Source: Promethearchaeota archaeon (GTDB lineage Archaea > Asgardarchaeota > Lokiarchaeia > Sigyniarchaeales > SOKP01). Taken from it: a DNA stretch of 18,097 bases. Each line of letters begins with the position of its first letter. Position 1 is the first letter of the stretch. The stretch covers positions 1 through 18,097 of the forward strand of contig SHMW01000088.1 of NCBI GenBank assembly GCA_008080735.1. Direction: 5' to 3'. The notes beneath the pieces were generated by a model. The model was not told the DNA's origin and searched no databases. It saw nothing but the letters and a program-made list of their open reading frames with translations. A program made the position numbers and the translations under genes. Positions 16,348 through 18,097 of this stretch are shown one piece after another.

Positions 16348-17475
16348 TCATTTTGAATATGCGTTTTCAAGAATGTCTAAATGCTTAATGGCAATATCTT
16401 TCTTTAAAATTCCTTCGACAAAATCTTGCCGTATCTTTTCTATTAAATATTCGGGGTAAAATTGCTCTGCAATCACGTCCGTGAGTAAGAAAACCCATTT
16501 CATCCCCGTTTTGTCTTCGAGAACCGTAATAATGCCATTCTCTTCCAATCGTCGCATAAGAGCGCTAATGGTTTCAAACGATTCCCCAGGACCCTTTGGT
16601 ATTTTTTTTAATGGATAGGGTTTTTCCCGAAATAAGACAATATAATCATAAATATCTGGGTTGATCATGATGGAAGCGATTTTGAGGTTATCCTCTTCAT
16701 TTGGCTCGTAATCTTTGAAAAAGTTTCGTGCGGTTTCTAAATATTTTTCAGCGATTTTGGGATCGGGCTTATTTTCTTTGGCAAGCTCTACAATTTTCTC
16801 GGGCGGTATTCGCATAATGGCAAAATCCGATTTTAAAAATAAAAGGATGTCACTGCTTCCTTCCACCCAATCTTGGCGGATCATATCTGTTTTCACGAAC
16901 GGGTCCAATACGATATCTAAATTAGAAATGAGTCTCCCTAACTTTTGCTCCAGGACTCCTTGAAGCTCCCGTTTAGACCGTGCTCGTTCTTGAAGGATGT
17001 CAAGAATAGTACGCGTCTTCTCTCCACTGTAGATTTGAGCAAGTTTCTGCTCTTTACTCAGATTTTCGAGCCGTTCTAAGAGGAAGAGCGAATCTTTAAG
17101 ATATTTAACCAAATCTCTCACTAAATCTGGCGCATTCTCAGGATTCTGATCAATCTGACTTAGATAATTTATAATATCCTGGTTTATCTCCTCGAGGATC
17201 TTCTCGCCGTAAATTTCGGGGTATTCGCCGAGCTCCAGCATCAGATTAATCATATACGGATTATCCGATTCCATCCCCGTAAAGTGACTGGAAACATTCG
17301 AACGCGCTTTCTCAAGTCGCACAAACACATTTCCCGCCTCTCCGGCACCGGTAATATGCGCATAGAAAATACGCATCATATCATCTAAATCCACAGAGAT
17401 ACTTTCTGGGTATTTAATTTGGACTACGAGACCTTTATCTTCCGTCCATTTTGTAATAATAAATCCTTTTGGCAT
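16348..17475 (-). CDS. Putative longin/uDENN-like domain protein with two winged-helix-like domains
   Basis: N-terminal 'GFIITKWTEDKGLVVQIKYP' beta-hairpin resembles longin/uDENN starts. wHTH-like segments: 'KTRTILDILQERARSKRELQGVL...LDPFVKTDMIRQDW' and 'ISALMRRLEENGIITVL...WVFL'. Confidence 0.55.
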   Translation of the reverse strand: MPKGFIITKWTEDKGLVVQIKYPESISVDLDDMMRIFYAHITGAGEAGNVFVRLEKARSNVSSHFTGMESDNPYMINLMLELGEYPEIYGEKILEEINQDIINYLSQIDQNPENAPDLVRDLVKYLKDSLFLLERLENLSKEQKLAQIYSGEKTRTILDILQERARSKRELQGVLEQKLGRLISNLDIVLDPFVKTDMIRQDWVEGSSDILLFLKSDFAIMRIPPEKIVELAKENKPDPKIAEKYLETARNFFKDYEPNEEDNLKIASIMINPDIYDYIVLFREKPYPLKKIPKGPGESFETISALMRRLEENGIITVLEDKTGMKWVFLLTDVIAEQFYPEYLIEKIRQDFVEGILKKDIAIKHLDILENAYSK

Positions 17476-17545
17476 TTTTTCCTTTCCTTTTTTTTTGTAT
17501 TGATTTTAATTTGAATCTTATTTGAATTTTTTCTTTAAATTTGGT

Positions 17546-17566
17546 TTATTATTATTATTATTATTA
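17546..17566. repeat. (TTA)7 microsatellite
   Basis: Seven perfect TTA units read directly from the sequence. Confidence 0.9.
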
Positions 17567-17569
17567 TCG

Positions 17570-18097
17570 CTATTTTTTTATTGAGTCTTTCTGGAAAATC
17601 TCAGACTCGGATTGAGGCGTTTTCAATGACTCAGTTTTATGTTGATAAATATTATTTATTTTTTCGTTATAACTATTAAGTGTTATTGTTTTAGAGCCTT
17701 TATTCTTTCTTATCTTTTTACGCAATTTTCGAATCTTACGTACGGTCGGAGGATATTTGAAATAGAGCTGATAGGCACCAATTCCAATAACGAGCCCGAC
17801 TAAACCTATAGTCAAACCAATTACCAACGGACTAAAATCAATTCCTTCGCGAATGAAATTATAACTAACCAAAAGCGAAATATTATCTAACGCAATATTA
17901 TTGCTCTTGTTATAGATGAAATCATTTGCAATATAGATTTCGAGCGAGAGATTATTTTTTTCCCCTTTTAATAATAATGAGCGTACATCAAATCCTCCTG
18001 CTTTTGCCTCTTTAAAAGTTTTATTTGCTGTACTAAGTTCTACTGTTTCAATGTATTGATTTCCATTTATGAGGACACGAATCTCCGAAAATGGAGA
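17570..18097 (-). CDS. C-terminal part of a single-pass membrane-anchored surface protein (5' end outside the window)
   Basis: The frame of the 17570-17872 ORF stays open to the window edge (176 codons). It shows a beta-rich Asn-rich segment, a TM helix (PLVIGLTIGLVGLVIGIGAYQLYF) and a basic tail (KYPPTVRKIRKLRKKIRK). Confidence 0.85.
   Translation of the reverse strand, partial: SPFSEIRVLINGNQYIETVELSTANKTFKEAKAGGFDVRSLLLKGEKNNLSLEIYIANDFIYNKSNNIALDNISLLVSYNFIREGIDFSPLVIGLTIGLVGLVIGIGAYQLYFKYPPTVRKIRKLRKKIRKNKGSKTITLNSYNEKINNIYQHKTESLKTPQSESEIFQKDSIKK

Noticed and set aside
9064-16963. Short ORFs 9064-9315, 13963-14169, 14317-14670, 14689-15045, 15151-15360, 15579-15887, 16016-16216 and 16715-16963
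   Set aside because: They are nested in or antisense to longer supported genes and have no recognisable features.
17570-17872. Stand-alone 100-aa protein starting at 17872
   Set aside because: The frame is open to the window edge, so this is the tail of a longer gene.

Overview
AT-rich archaeal chromosomal window, most likely from an Asgard archaeon of the Lokiarchaeia type. This assignment is inferred from the gelsolin-domain, roadblock and longin-like genes and from tRNA genes with bulge-helix-bulge (BHB) introns and no encoded CCA. Left to right: a roadblock/LC7 gene (cut by the left edge) and a single-gelsolin-domain gene; gapN; fused nnr; a DUF169 gene and an RNase Z-like hydrolase; a Zn-finger protein; a PD-(D/E)XK-like gene with a coiled-coil tail, followed by a near-identical stand-alone copy of that tail; a HAD hydrolase; tRNA-Met(CAT) with two introns; an internally deleted TnpB-carrying IS remnant with IS607-like end repeats; tRNA-Thr(GGT) with one intron; two YhhN-family paralogues, one degenerate; a DUF6786-like gene; a longin/winged-helix gene and a coiled-coil TrmB-like gene; and the 3' end of a membrane-anchored surface protein. 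The best candidate for an undescribed system is the nuclease plus free tail copy (7654-8858), which resembles the Rpn long/short toxin-antitoxin arrangement. All family calls come from motif recognition by eye, not from database searches.
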